Of a DNA stretch of 30,620 nucleotides, positions 17,160 through 26,241 are shown piece by piece (within the stretch, counting starts at the first letter, position 1; each line of letters opens with the position of its first letter). A model generated the notes under the pieces. That model made no database searches. It was not told the DNA's origin and saw only the letters and a list, made by a program, of their open reading frames with translations. Source of the DNA: a virus (lineage: Duplodnaviria; Caudoviricetes). The stretch is from the IMG/VR virus record IMGVR_UViG_3300033153_010544, positions 1 to 30,620 of that record, one strand, 5' to 3'. The translations under genes and the position numbers were made by a program.

Positions 17160-17555
17160 ATGGATGAAAATTATGATCTGGATCCTAATGAAATAATCCA
17201 ACAGCTTCAGGATTTAATTCAAAAAATTGAAGACAAAAATGACGAATATAAATCCTTGGGAAGAACCAGGGCCGATAAGACAAGAATTTTTAATATCGAA
17301 TTTGCCAAACAACAGTTACTGTTTAAAAACAAAGGAATGGCCATAAGTATCCTTAAATCCCAAACCCTGGGTCATGTTAAAATTTCAATGTTAAAGTTTG
17401 ATGTAGATGTTTCAGAGGCTGAATATCTGGCATGTAGGGAAGCATTACATGCCATGAGAGAAATTATTGGCACCTACAGGTCTTTTTTAACCTGGCTGCG
17501 GATGGAATATCAAGGACAGAACGTGCCACAGAGCGTGCCACGGTTTCATCCATAA
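17160..17555 (+). CDS. Coiled-coil phage protein
   Basis: Helical heptad pattern; GAGGG RBS. Confidence 0.75.
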   Translation: MDENYDLDPNEIIQQLQDLIQKIEDKNDEYKSLGRTRADKTRIFNIEFAKQQLLFKNKGMAISILKSQTLGHVKISMLKFDVDVSEAEYLACREALHAMREIIGTYRSFLTWLRMEYQGQNVPQSVPRFHP

Positions 17556-17563
17556 AAAAATAC

Positions 17564-17594
17564 TTGACAGGTTGAATTATATGTAATACATATA
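17564..17594 (+). promoter_or_regulatory. Possible promoter with a palindromic operator over the -10 region
   Basis: TTGACA at 17564; TATATGTA-A-TACATATA at 17578-17594. Confidence 0.5.
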
Positions 17595-17608
17595 GGGAAA
17601 CTAATATT

Positions 17609-17746
17609 ATGAAAAAAGACAAATGTAAAAGATGTGGGCATGAATGGTATAGGCGACAACCCGAAAAGCCAATCTTATGCCCAAAATGCCGTACAGCCTA
17701 TTGGGATAAAGAAAGAAAGGAAAAGGGGGAAAAACATGGCACCTAA
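17609..17746 (+). CDS. 45-aa Zn-ribbon protein (not in ORF track)
   Basis: CKRCGHEW...CPKCRTAYWD. Confidence 0.8.
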   Translation: MKKDKCKRCGHEWYRRQPEKPILCPKCRTAYWDKERKEKGEKHGT

Positions 17747-17945
17747 AATTGATATTGAGACATGTATAACACCTGGCTTTAATTTAATATTTTGCAATGG
17801 GGGCGCTGGCGGCGTTGAGTGTATTATTAAAGCGGGTTTTGGAAATAAAACTAACAGGGTTTTAATTGAGGAAGACGATTTAGAAAAAGTCTACCAAGCT
17901 ATTGGCTATGTGTTGGGCCTAAGTAAACTAAATAAAGAGATGTAG
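17736..17945 (+). CDS. Hypothetical protein
   Basis: GGGGG RBS before MAPKID. Confidence 0.7.
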   Translation: MAPKIDIETCITPGFNLIFCNGGAGGVECIIKAGFGNKTNRVLIEEDDLEKVYQAIGYVLGLSKLNKEM

Positions 17946-17964
17946 CAGATTTTAGGACCAAAGT

Positions 17965-18759
17965 ATGTCAAAAGAAGGTGGATATATATTATTGGCCAGA
18001 GCTTTGGATAATTCTGACATTATGAATAAACCACCACATTTTCGTGAAATTTGGTTGTGGTTTCTTCGTAATGCTGTATGGAAAGATTGTGTCCGAAAGG
18101 GTCTTAAGTTGAAACGTGGGGAGCTGCTGACCAGTTACAATGAAATCTTGGACGATTTAGCCTGGGATGTAGGAAATAGATCAGAAAGGTATAAAAAACA
18201 CCACGTTGACCGTGCTTTTAGGTTTTTTAAAGAAGCCGACATGGTGACGACAGCGAAGACGACAAGGGGGTTGAAGGTAACCATCTTAAAATATAATGAA
18301 TACCAGAGGTCAGAAAGTTATGAAGCCGACAGCGAAGACGACTATGAAGCCGACACGGTGGGTGTTGTACCATTTATAAGAAACATAAAGAAGAAGTACT
18401 TGGAAATCAAACTTCCTAAAAATTTTCCATTAAACCAATTTATCGAATACGAAATCGCAAGAATGAACGGTAAAAAAGATGGTCGTAAAAAATGGAATGA
18501 TAAAAATAGGCAGAGCGCAATTAAAACTTTTTTAAGTCTGGCGGAATTTATTGATGAAATAAAAGTGGATGGATATACCGGGCTAACTCATATTTTAGAA
18601 ATGGCCACCGAAAACAAGTGGCGCGGTTTCGAATATTTTAAAAAATCTATGAGAGGAATCCGCGAGAAACGAAAACAGGCCAGCATCCAATATAAAAAAG
18701 ATAAAGATAGTATGGCACGCCCACAACCACCAGCCTTTAATCCTAAAATGTTGGAGTAA
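17965..18759 (+). CDS. Phage replication initiator/replisome organizer
   Basis: GYILLAR..IWLWFL..A..LKRGELLTS N-terminal domain; internal repeats; upstream of the helicase. Confidence 0.8.
   Translation: MSKEGGYILLARALDNSDIMNKPPHFREIWLWFLRNAVWKDCVRKGLKLKRGELLTSYNEILDDLAWDVGNRSERYKKHHVDRAFRFFKEADMVTTAKTTRGLKVTILKYNEYQRSESYEADSEDDYEADTVGVVPFIRNIKKKYLEIKLPKNFPLNQFIEYEIARMNGKKDGRKKWNDKNRQSAIKTFLSLAEFIDEIKVDGYTGLTHILEMATENKWRGFEYFKKSMRGIREKRKQASIQYKKDKDSMARPQPPAFNPKMLE
18232..18355 (+). repeat. Iteron-like repeats (probable replication origin)
   Basis: GAAG(C/A)CGAC five times, three of them at a 12-bp period (18322-18354). Confidence 0.7.
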
Positions 18760-18761
18760 AA

Positions 18762-20090
18762 ATGAACACTATCGATATAAAAGCACTTCCACACGATACC
18801 GAAATTGAAGAATCTTTATTATCTGCTACACTTGTGGACAGTTCCATACTGGGAGAAGTAGCTGATATTTTAAGTCCGCGCCATTTTTATAAAACCGCTA
18901 ACGGCCTAATTTTTAAATCGATTCTCCAGTTGTTTAAGCTTGAGGAGCCGATAGACTATTTAACAGTTAAGAATAAGCTGGAAGAAAACGGAGACTTAGA
19001 CAAGGTTGGGGGTATGCCATATTTAATTAGAATGTCCGAAGCTCCACTGGCTGTTAATGCAATATATTATGCCCAAAAAATCAACAACCTGGCTGTCCGT
19101 AGACAGTTAGTTTATGAGTCTGCCAGGATACAAGCCGTAGCCTTTGATACAAGTAAGGATATTGAAGATGTGGTGGAAAACGCTCAAAAAAGGGTTTTAA
19201 GAATAAATACATATTCGAATCCGGAATATGTTTTTACCAATGATCTGGTAGTGGAAACGATAGACCGTTATGAGGAGATCCATAAAGAGAAGACTTTGGT
19301 AACTGGGGTGCCGACTGGTTTTGGTGATTTAGATCGAGTTTTATGTGGGATGCAGACCTCTGATTTGTTAATTTTGGCCGGTCGTCCATCTATGGGAAAG
19401 ACCGCCCTGGCCCTACAGTTTTCCAAGGGTGCGTCTGATGCAGGATATAAACCTTTTATTTTTTCTTTAGAACAACCACAAGACCAGTTAATGGATCGGC
19501 TATTTGCGGCCCAGACAAGGATGCCCACAACGGTATTTAGGTCTGGGTTTTGGAGTAATGATGACTGGAAACAAATAGCGGAGGGGGCTGGTGAGCTTAC
19601 TGGAGTTAATATCGGTATCGATGACCGTGGTGGTCAGAGCTACCGGGACATCTGTAAAACGGCCAGGATCGTTCACAAAAAGCATGGGGTTAATCTTATT
19701 ATTATTGATCACCTGGGACTGGTGACCGGAGCCGCCCATAAAAGCAGAAATGATGAAATTGGTATTTATACCAGGTATTTTAAAGCTTTAGCTAAAGAGT
19801 TGCGAATACCGGTTGTGGCCTTGTCGCAACTATCCAGGAAGGTTGAGGAGCGTTCCAATAAGCGGCCACAGTTGTCTGATCTTAGAGACAGCGGGAACGT
19901 AGAACAGGATGCAGATGTGGTCATGTTTATTTATCGTGATGAAGTTTATGACACCGACGAAAATAATCCAAATAAGGGCAAAGCTGAATTAATCATTGCA
20001 AAACAGCGCCAGGGGCCGGTTTGTACTATTTATTTATCGTGGCTGGCCAAGTGTACCCGATTTGAACAATACCACAAGGAGCAATATTGA
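18762..20090 (+). CDS. dnaB: Replicative DNA helicase DnaB
   Basis: GRPSMGKT, FSLE, IIIDHL, LSQLSR, RPQLSDLRDSGNVEQDAD, AKQRQGP. Confidence 0.97.
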   Translation: MNTIDIKALPHDTEIEESLLSATLVDSSILGEVADILSPRHFYKTANGLIFKSILQLFKLEEPIDYLTVKNKLEENGDLDKVGGMPYLIRMSEAPLAVNAIYYAQKINNLAVRRQLVYESARIQAVAFDTSKDIEDVVENAQKRVLRINTYSNPEYVFTNDLVVETIDRYEEIHKEKTLVTGVPTGFGDLDRVLCGMQTSDLLILAGRPSMGKTALALQFSKGASDAGYKPFIFSLEQPQDQLMDRLFAAQTRMPTTVFRSGFWSNDDWKQIAEGAGELTGVNIGIDDRGGQSYRDICKTARIVHKKHGVNLIIIDHLGLVTGAAHKSRNDEIGIYTRYFKALAKELRIPVVALSQLSRKVEERSNKRPQLSDLRDSGNVEQDADVVMFIYRDEVYDTDENNPNKGKAELIIAKQRQGPVCTIYLSWLAKCTRFEQYHKEQY

Positions 20091-20323
20091 TGTGGCCATA
20101 TCCGATTAAAAAATGTTGTAATTGTCAAGACTGGATCGAAACCCATTACCGGGGGTCGTGTGGTTTTAATGCAATACTGCGAGCCATTACTGTGGATCCA
20201 TATGAAAGAATACCAGAATGGTGCCCGTCTCCAGTTAATAAAAAAATAACAAAATCAAAACCAAACAACGACTCGATTGACTGGGAAAAGGTTGCAAAAT
20301 TAAACCCTGAACTATTACATTAA
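20090..20323 (+). CDS. Small Cys-rich protein
   Basis: CCNC..C..IPEWCP; AAGGAG RBS. Confidence 0.7.
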   Translation: MWPYPIKKCCNCQDWIETHYRGSCGFNAILRAITVDPYERIPEWCPSPVNKKITKSKPNNDSIDWEKVAKLNPELLH

Positions 20324-20342
20324 TTGGACCAAGGAGCATAAA

Positions 20343-20702
20343 ATGAGAAAACAGACAATAAATATGATTGCCGTGCTGGGCATATTATTATACATGTTGA
20401 TTTGGGTATATCTTTTAAACGTACAGCTTGGTAGGGAGCTGAAAGAGATTCAAAACCTTAAAGATAGCGTCAACCACACATTGCTCACATTTAATGTGCG
20501 GAAAGCAGATCTATTTTTAGAGGTTTGGGAAAACCGTAGGGATATATATGTCAACCGTAACGAGATTGCTAAAGTCAGAACCGTTATGATAACGTCGGAA
20601 TATCATATCGCCATGGTGCCAATACTGGTGCCTGGGAAGTCGATTGTTCCGAAAGCTGTAGTGAACCGATTAAAACCACAAAAAAGGGGGATCAATGAGT
20701 AA
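20343..20702 (+). CDS. N-terminal TM/coiled-coil protein
   Basis: Hydrophobic N-terminus; AAGGAG RBS. Confidence 0.7.
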   Translation: MRKQTINMIAVLGILLYMLIWVYLLNVQLGRELKEIQNLKDSVNHTLLTFNVRKADLFLEVWENRRDIYVNRNEIAKVRTVMITSEYHIAMVPILVPGKSIVPKAVVNRLKPQKRGINE

Positions 20703-21165
20703 ATCAATAACAATAATGGCACTTGATCTTGGGCGTCAGACCGGATGGTCTGTTCTACAGAATGAAGTTATTACTCTGGGAACAGAGAACTTTCCGCTTG
20801 TCAGGGGAGAATCGCCAGGTATGCTTTATTTGCGCTTTGGTGGGTGGCTGGAAAAGATGTATGACATTATGATGCAACAACTGGGGATGGTGATTTATGA
20901 ACAGGCCCACCACCGTGGTGGCGCCGCTACCCAGGTTGGTGTGGGTTTACAAACAAAAGTGATGGAGTTCTGCGCCAAGTATGAGATTGAGTGTATGACT
21001 GTCCATACAGCGACGCTTAAGAAGTTTTCAACCGGCAACGGTGCTGCCGGCAAAGAAACGATGATAGAAGCAGCTAAAGCTAAAGGGCAAAGCCCCCAGA
21101 ACGACGACGAGGCTGACGCTTTCTTAATGCTGGAATACGCCAAATATGAAATTGGCATAACCTAA
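20695..21165 (+). CDS. RuvC-like Holliday junction resolvase
   Basis: MALDLG..TGW, IYE, TLKKF.TGNG.A.KE.M, DDEADA. Confidence 0.88.
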   Translation: MSKSITIMALDLGRQTGWSVLQNEVITLGTENFPLVRGESPGMLYLRFGGWLEKMYDIMMQQLGMVIYEQAHHRGGAATQVGVGLQTKVMEFCAKYEIECMTVHTATLKKFSTGNGAAGKETMIEAAKAKGQSPQNDDEADAFLMLEYAKYEIGIT

Positions 21166-21632
21166 TGGACTGGGAATTTACAACCATAGGGGTTGGTGGG
21201 ATTACGGTTGGGTTGGGATATATATGTCCAGACTGTGGTGTAATCCGGCCAACAATGGAGTGTAGTTGCCAACCAAAACCCGTAAAGGAGATGAAAATGA
21301 CTATTTTAAACCCGAAACCGATTATTGACAAACTGGAAAAGGATGGAGTGGAGACAGTTAAGGTAAAAAGGGGCAAGGGCCTCTATCGTGCAGAAAAATT
21401 AAAACTGGTTAACGAGTGGCTGGCCGAGAAAGCTGGTGCGATAATCCGCAAGGGTAGCCCGGACGAAGACCTGGAACCGACCGACAAGCAGTTGTCTGAA
21501 AGGGCTTTTGAGAAAGAAGTTAAAACCCTGGAATTAGCCAACAAGACCGACGAGGAATATGAGGCCGCTGATGCAAAAACCAAACGTGCAATCACCATGG
21601 CCAGGAAAAAGCTGGCTGCTGAAAAAGAATAA
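21165..21632 (+). CDS. Hypothetical protein (possible internal start near 21291)
   Basis: CPDC..C.C N-terminus; internal AAGGAG-ATG. Confidence 0.65.
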   Translation: MDWEFTTIGVGGITVGLGYICPDCGVIRPTMECSCQPKPVKEMKMTILNPKPIIDKLEKDGVETVKVKRGKGLYRAEKLKLVNEWLAEKAGAIIRKGSPDEDLEPTDKQLSERAFEKEVKTLELANKTDEEYEAADAKTKRAITMARKKLAAEKE

Positions 21633-21645
21633 AGGGAGGTAGATC

Positions 21646-21927
21646 ATGGAGGTTAGTTTTTCTGAACGCGAAAAAATATCAGGCATGGTAAACCAGCTCA
21701 TGGTTGACTATGAAAAAGAGATTGAGGCGGCCTATCTGGCTACCGAAGGTGTATTTAAGATTGCACTTTCTGCCAAGATTGAGTCACAGGGCAACACCAA
21801 GGTTATAACAGTGGAAATGTCTTTTGATCCGGCCAAAAAGATAAAAGACAGAATCACAGAGACTATAGATCTGGATCAGATGAAGTTGCCATTTAAGGAC
21901 AAACAAGATTTAGAACCGGCTGGTTAA
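21646..21927 (+). CDS. Hypothetical protein
   Basis: GGAGGT RBS. Confidence 0.75.
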   Translation: MEVSFSEREKISGMVNQLMVDYEKEIEAAYLATEGVFKIALSAKIESQGNTKVITVEMSFDPAKKIKDRITETIDLDQMKLPFKDKQDLEPAG

Positions 21928-21957
21928 AAACTATTTTACCAGTCAAAGGAGCGCTAA

Positions 21958-22302
21958 ATGAAACTGTATTGCATGTGTAAAATAACAGGCCCCGGCCAGT
22001 ATAAGGAAGGAAAGGTCCTGGACGACCAGGTGTATATGGCCCCAAATCGATTTATTCCACCCGAAAAGGTTGATGGGAACCTTTCTGTTATGCTTCCACG
22101 GTCTATGAAAAACATCAACATGGGTGTCGAGCAACGGGTACCGAACAGTTCAGACGACAAATATCCGAACCTGCATCCGAAAACCAAAGGTCAGGTGGAA
22201 AGTGAACGGAAGAAGCTGCGCGAGAAGACAAGGCAGCATTTTCCTAACGTAGATCTATATCACTGTACCCGTTGTGGGGCCATGGTCTGTCTGGAGGGAT
22301 AA
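21958..22302 (+). CDS. Hypothetical Zn-binding protein
   Basis: CMC...CTRC; AAGGAG RBS. Confidence 0.7.
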   Translation: MKLYCMCKITGPGQYKEGKVLDDQVYMAPNRFIPPEKVDGNLSVMLPRSMKNINMGVEQRVPNSSDDKYPNLHPKTKGQVESERKKLREKTRQHFPNVDLYHCTRCGAMVCLEG

Positions 22303-22646
22303 TGGATTGGGACTTTAACAGAATAACCGACGTTTTACTTGAAGTAAGGGGAGAGAGAGAAAACCAACACTTAAGGTACGGCAACAACCCTTTTAATGAC
22401 ACTGTTTACAACATGATGTTAGTTTTAGCCGAAGAAGTGGGCGAGGTTTCTGCTGCTCTGGTTGAGACAAGGGTTAACGAGATGGAGGCCGATAGTTGCA
22501 CCAGTGCCAGCCTTTGCGATAAATATATTACAAAGGCCGAAGCTGCAATCAAACACGCCCGAAAAGAATTGATCCAGGTGTCAGCTGTAGCTGTGGCCAT
22601 GGTTGAGCTGATCGATTCGCTGAAAAGGGAGGAAAGTACATGCTAA
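22302..22646 (+). CDS. MazG-like nucleotide pyrophosphohydrolase-fold protein
   Basis: LAEEVGEV...RKELIQVSAVAVAMVE. Confidence 0.8.
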   Translation: MDWDFNRITDVLLEVRGERENQHLRYGNNPFNDTVYNMMLVLAEEVGEVSAALVETRVNEMEADSCTSASLCDKYITKAEAAIKHARKELIQVSAVAVAMVELIDSLKREESTC

Positions 22647-22855
22647 CGATTAGAGAATTAGAGAACAGGTTTACTTACCACAAACCGACAGGAAAGAATC
22701 AGGTTAAAAGATACGAGGAAATCAGACGCTCTGCCTTAAATTTCGCTGAGTTTTTATTTGAGTTTACTCCGGAGTCCAGGGAACAGTCTTTGGCAATTGG
22801 TCGTCTGGAGGAGGTTGTATTCTGGGCAAATGCTGCGATAGCCCGTAATGAATGA
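22640..22855 (+). CDS. Acb2/Tad1-like hairpin protein (candidate nucleotide-signal sponge)
   Basis: NRFTYH.P...RYE.IR...SREQSLA...LEE..FWANAAIAR. Confidence 0.7.
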   Translation: MLTIRELENRFTYHKPTGKNQVKRYEEIRRSALNFAEFLFEFTPESREQSLAIGRLEEVVFWANAAIARNE

Positions 22856-22867
22856 AAGGAGGGCGCC

Positions 22868-23332
22868 ATGAGCATGTATAATATGATGTTTGGTGTAAAC
22901 CAGTTTGCGCCACTGCTGGTCGGTATGATTGGGTTGGACCATAAAAATGTTCCGCGGTTTAGAGATGCCTATATAGGTGAAAGAGATATCGATGGAGATC
23001 CGCTCGCCAAGGTTATTGTTATTCACACCCGTACCGGTGGTGGAAATCGTGAGGCTTATCAAGAGTTGAACGAGACCCTGAAGAATGAACATTATATCTT
23101 TGACAGGGATGATGATTTTGACAGCACTTATGCCGATTGGTTTTATCGGGTACCCGAAAAGTGGAAAGATTTTATTGAAGCTATATCTTCTGTCGGCGAT
23201 CACCGTCCACCCAAAGAGAAATGGCAGAGTTTGTTTAATAAAATTAAAGAAAATAAAGTTGAGGATCAGGAAGTTTTAAGGGCTATGGAGGCGTTCCGTA
23301 AAATATTTATTTCTCTGGGTATTATTAAGTAG
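22868..23332 (+). CDS. Conserved phage hypothetical protein
   Basis: YN..FG, RFRD, HTRTGGGNRE.Y, DDDFDSTYA. Confidence 0.85.
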   Translation: MSMYNMMFGVNQFAPLLVGMIGLDHKNVPRFRDAYIGERDIDGDPLAKVIVIHTRTGGGNREAYQELNETLKNEHYIFDRDDDFDSTYADWFYRVPEKWKDFIEAISSVGDHRPPKEKWQSLFNKIKENKVEDQEVLRAMEAFRKIFISLGIIK

Positions 23333-23369
23333 CCCTGGCATAACTGTCGAGTAGCCCTTGCATGACTGT
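23328..23369 (+). repeat. Two 20-bp direct repeats, 22-bp period
   Basis: agtagccctggcataactgt / agtagcccttgcatgactgt. Confidence 0.8.
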
Positions 23370-23543
23370 TTAAAAATCGGATCTGAAAAATTTTTGGAAA
23401 TTTTTAGAAAAATTCTGGTGGGGGTTTTTGCCGGAACCTTTGCCGGGTTGCCTGGCTGAAAAGGGGCTGGATTATCCGGGTGCTTTACCCGGTGTGTTCC
23501 TGGTGCCTATCGGGGGCCATAGTTCAGTTCTGGCCAGGTTTAA

Positions 23544-23589
23544 AACAAAAAAAATGGCCCAGGGTTTGAGCCCTGAGCCGTTTTTTTGT
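23544..23589. terminator. Bidirectional intrinsic terminator
   Basis: A-tract, GGCCCAGGG-tttgag-CCCTGAGCC, T-tract, between convergent operons. Confidence 0.8.
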
Positions 23590-23610
23590 CTGGGGTGTGT
23601 TCTGTTGTTT

Positions 23611-24003
23611 TTAGTCTCCTTTCTCAATAATATTATAATCAAGCCAACCGTCGCCCTCATGACAACCATACAAGAAGGCGCTTAGTTCCGCCTTTGTTTC
23701 AAAGCTATAGGTTTGCGTGAATGCGCCCTCTTGACTCCACGCTACGGTTACGCTGTAAGGTTTTTCGTTGCTTAAGTTCAAGGTTTTGTATTCGCCGGGG
23801 TCAAGTCCCTCTTTTTCTAATGATTTTATGGCGTTTTGTACTACCTGGGGCCAGTCTTCGGGGTTGTTGTCTGCTTTTATGCAACAAAGTTCTTCGTCTG
23901 ATCCGCCGTCAAAGTCCAACACCAGGACGTCAAGGGCCTGCGGACTGTCCACGTTCTGAACAAGTCCGCCGTCCACTGTTATGATTATGGGTGTTTTTTC
24001 CAT
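23611..24003 (-). CDS. Hypothetical early protein
   Basis: IIITVDGGLVQNV...VLDFD; AGGAG RBS. Confidence 0.8.
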   Translation of the reverse strand: MEKTPIIITVDGGLVQNVDSPQALDVLVLDFDGGSDEELCCIKADNNPEDWPQVVQNAIKSLEKEGLDPGEYKTLNLSNEKPYSVTVAWSQEGAFTQTYSFETKAELSAFLYGCHEGDGWLDYNIIEKGD

Positions 24004-24019
24004 GGCCTTTAATCTCCTT

Positions 24020-25126
24020 TTAATCAACTCCGCCACTTGATGACCAACTTGCAAGGGCTGTGTTGATGTGAGCTGAAAAGATTTTAATATTTTCAATTGT
24101 TGATAGTTTCAACTGTGCGTGGTCGCCTTCGCTGTGGCGTATTTGGCCGGAAACTATTATTTGACTGCCGTCACAGTGCCTTAAAGCGTGTTTAAAATGT
24201 TTGGCCGTTTTTTCCGCCGTTAAAAAGGCCACCTGTGATAGTCTCCCGCCCCTGGTGGCAATGTGCGCCGCCCCTGGCCGGTTGCTGGCGTCGGTAAGGT
24301 TAAACTTGGGGTCAAGTTGTTTATATATCTGCCTTGCCGTGCTGCCTTCAAAGATCGGATAAAAAAACCATTCCCCTTGTCGTTGTATTTTTTCACCTCT
24401 GGCCTCTGCCTGGCGGATCGCTTTGGGTTTCAAGATGTCGTATGCTTTGCCAACGCTGGCCGCTGGGCCTGGCAGTTGTGATATGAAATAACTTCCTTCA
24501 TCCATGCCGAGTATAAAATATTTTACTGGGTGCTTTACCTTCCTCTCTCCCGTAGACTTCCAGGGGTCTTGATGGTTTTCAAACAATAATTTGGTTTCCG
24601 TCCAGGCGTCCCACATAAGAACGGCGGCGGCGGGCCTGTGCCAATAGCTCGGGGCCTGTTGTCTTTCTCCCTCTTTATCTTTCCAGCTTTGAAATCTGAC
24701 CGTTGCGCCTTTGGGGGCTGATTTAATAAACTTCTCGGCGTCTTCTCGTGCCGCCTTCCCGTAAAATTTAGGATCGAAATAAAAATCTTCTTGCTGGTCG
24801 GGTTGTGTGCTTACAATATGCAAACTTTCTGAGTCGTACTCTATGCCCGCAGCTTGTAGGGCTGAAAACGAAATGGTTATATCTCCCCGCCCTTCATCGC
24901 GGTATGCGGCGGTTTCGCTTTGGTGCCTGCCGGTGCTGCTGCTGTACTTGTCGCCATTAAATAAATATGAACCGCTGCGGAGTTTATAAGCAAGCGGAAA
25001 GTGCCGCCCGTAACTGTAAAGGGTTTTTTTATCCTCCCAGTAAACGTTCCCGGCTCCCGTTGGGCCGTCTGCGGCCTGGTCAAAAAATGCCTCTATTACG
25101 TTGTTATTCGTGCCGTATCTGCTCAT
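24020..25126 (-). CDS. Hypothetical 368-aa early protein
   Basis: LYSYG.HFPLA, YS.STGRHQS, RQGEWFF motifs; GGAGG RBS. Confidence 0.85.
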   Translation of the reverse strand: MSRYGTNNNVIEAFFDQAADGPTGAGNVYWEDKKTLYSYGRHFPLAYKLRSGSYLFNGDKYSSSTGRHQSETAAYRDEGRGDITISFSALQAAGIEYDSESLHIVSTQPDQQEDFYFDPKFYGKAAREDAEKFIKSAPKGATVRFQSWKDKEGERQQAPSYWHRPAAAVLMWDAWTETKLLFENHQDPWKSTGERKVKHPVKYFILGMDEGSYFISQLPGPAASVGKAYDILKPKAIRQAEARGEKIQRQGEWFFYPIFEGSTARQIYKQLDPKFNLTDASNRPGAAHIATRGGRLSQVAFLTAEKTAKHFKHALRHCDGSQIIVSGQIRHSEGDHAQLKLSTIENIKIFSAHINTALASWSSSGGVD

Positions 25127-25153
25127 TGTTTTATCCTCCCTTCTATTGTTAAA

Positions 25154-25531
25154 TTATATATCTTTATATCTTCCAAGGTGGTCTTGATAATGAAAATTAC
25201 TACTATCAAAGCACGAACAAAACAGCCTATAAGATGCTTCAAAAAGCATATCCATGCCGCACCCGCTAATTCTGACAATTCCGTTTTTTCTATTGTCGCC
25301 ATATAGTTTCCAGAATGGCGTATAGTTTAGATTGATCATTTCTTTTTTATAAAGAATGTAAACAGATATTGTCCTACTCATGCCGGAAGCTGCAACGGTG
25401 TTAACCTGTGCATAAACCCCCCGCCTAATCTGCCTTCTTAGTGGTTCCCATAGCCTTTTAATTTCTTCTATTTCGTAGCGGTTTAGCTTTTTACCGCCCA
25501 TTTTTTTTATGGCCTTATCTATTAATTTCAT
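25154..25531 (-). CDS. Conserved MGE hypothetical protein
   Basis: V..SGMSR.I and GCGMDM motifs. Confidence 0.8.
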   Translation of the reverse strand: MKLIDKAIKKMGGKKLNRYEIEEIKRLWEPLRRQIRRGVYAQVNTVAASGMSRTISVYILYKKEMINLNYTPFWKLYGDNRKNGIVRISGCGMDMLFEASYRLFCSCFDSSNFHYQDHLGRYKDI

Positions 25532-25552
25532 GGCCTTTAGTCTCCTTTATGT

Positions 25553-25768
25553 TTAATAAGTTTCTGTTAACAGTCCGATTACATAGTCGGTCGGGTTGTC
25601 TGCAAGGTAAACCGGCGGGCCCTTTGACTGCTCGCTGTTTATTTTTACATGCGCCTTGCTGCTGTCAAACCTGACAAGATCAACCGTTTTCTTGCTGGCC
25701 TGGCATACAAGCCACACCTGGCCATCAAATCGGGTTATATTGCCGGGGTGTAGGTGTGAATAGGTCAT
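25553..25768 (-). CDS. Hypothetical protein
   Basis: AGGA RBS; operon position. Confidence 0.7.
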   Translation of the reverse strand: MTYSHLHPGNITRFDGQVWLVCQASKKTVDLVRFDSSKAHVKINSEQSKGPPVYLADNPTDYVIGLLTETY

Positions 25769-25789
25769 AGGCTTTAATTTCCTTTTTAT

Positions 25790-25948
25790 TCAATGGAAGG
25801 CGTGGTTGACGTCTTCCTGGTTTACTTCAAAGGTGCGTTCACAGTTTTGACAAGTGACCTGGTTATAAATCTCTATCTCTTTGTTAAGGGTGTCACACTC
25901 TGGACACGTCCATTCATATCCGCTTGCAATAAGTCCCACCGTTTCCAT
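25790..25948 (-). CDS. 52-aa Zn-ribbon protein (not in ORF track)
   Basis: GGAGGT RBS; WTCPEC...VTCQNC. Confidence 0.8.
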   Translation of the reverse strand: METVGLIASGYEWTCPECDTLNKEIEIYNQVTCQNCERTFEVNQEDVNHAFH

Positions 25949-25961
25949 TATTATTACCTCC

Positions 25962-26241
25962 TTACTGCTTGCTTTGTGGTTCTATAATGTAATCAAGAAT
26001 ATTCTCGTTTTCGTAAATATCAACTATATACCGGCGGTTGTTTTCTGCGTCGTCCCTGGTGGCCTTTAGTCCGCTGAATATCCAGGCGTTTTTAAGATAT
26101 TCTTCTGTGATCTCCCAGTTTATACGCCACACTTTTTCCCTTTCAGCGGTTGCGGGCTTTTTAATTATTAAAAGCCGCTGCCTTCCTTAAGTGCTTTTCC
26201 TCTGGGGTGCTTTCCGTGATTAAGTCAAATGGTTTTCTCAT
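25962..26241 (-). CDS. Hypothetical protein with an apparent +1 frame break near 26185 (or a 26-aa ORF plus a GTG-started ORF 25962-26132)
   Basis: AAGGAG-ATG ORF stops at 26161; the adjacent frame RQRLLIIKK...EPQSKQ ends in the next RBS. Confidence 0.55.

Noticed and set aside
18762-20090. Intein in DnaB
   Set aside because: Normal 442-aa length with contiguous motifs
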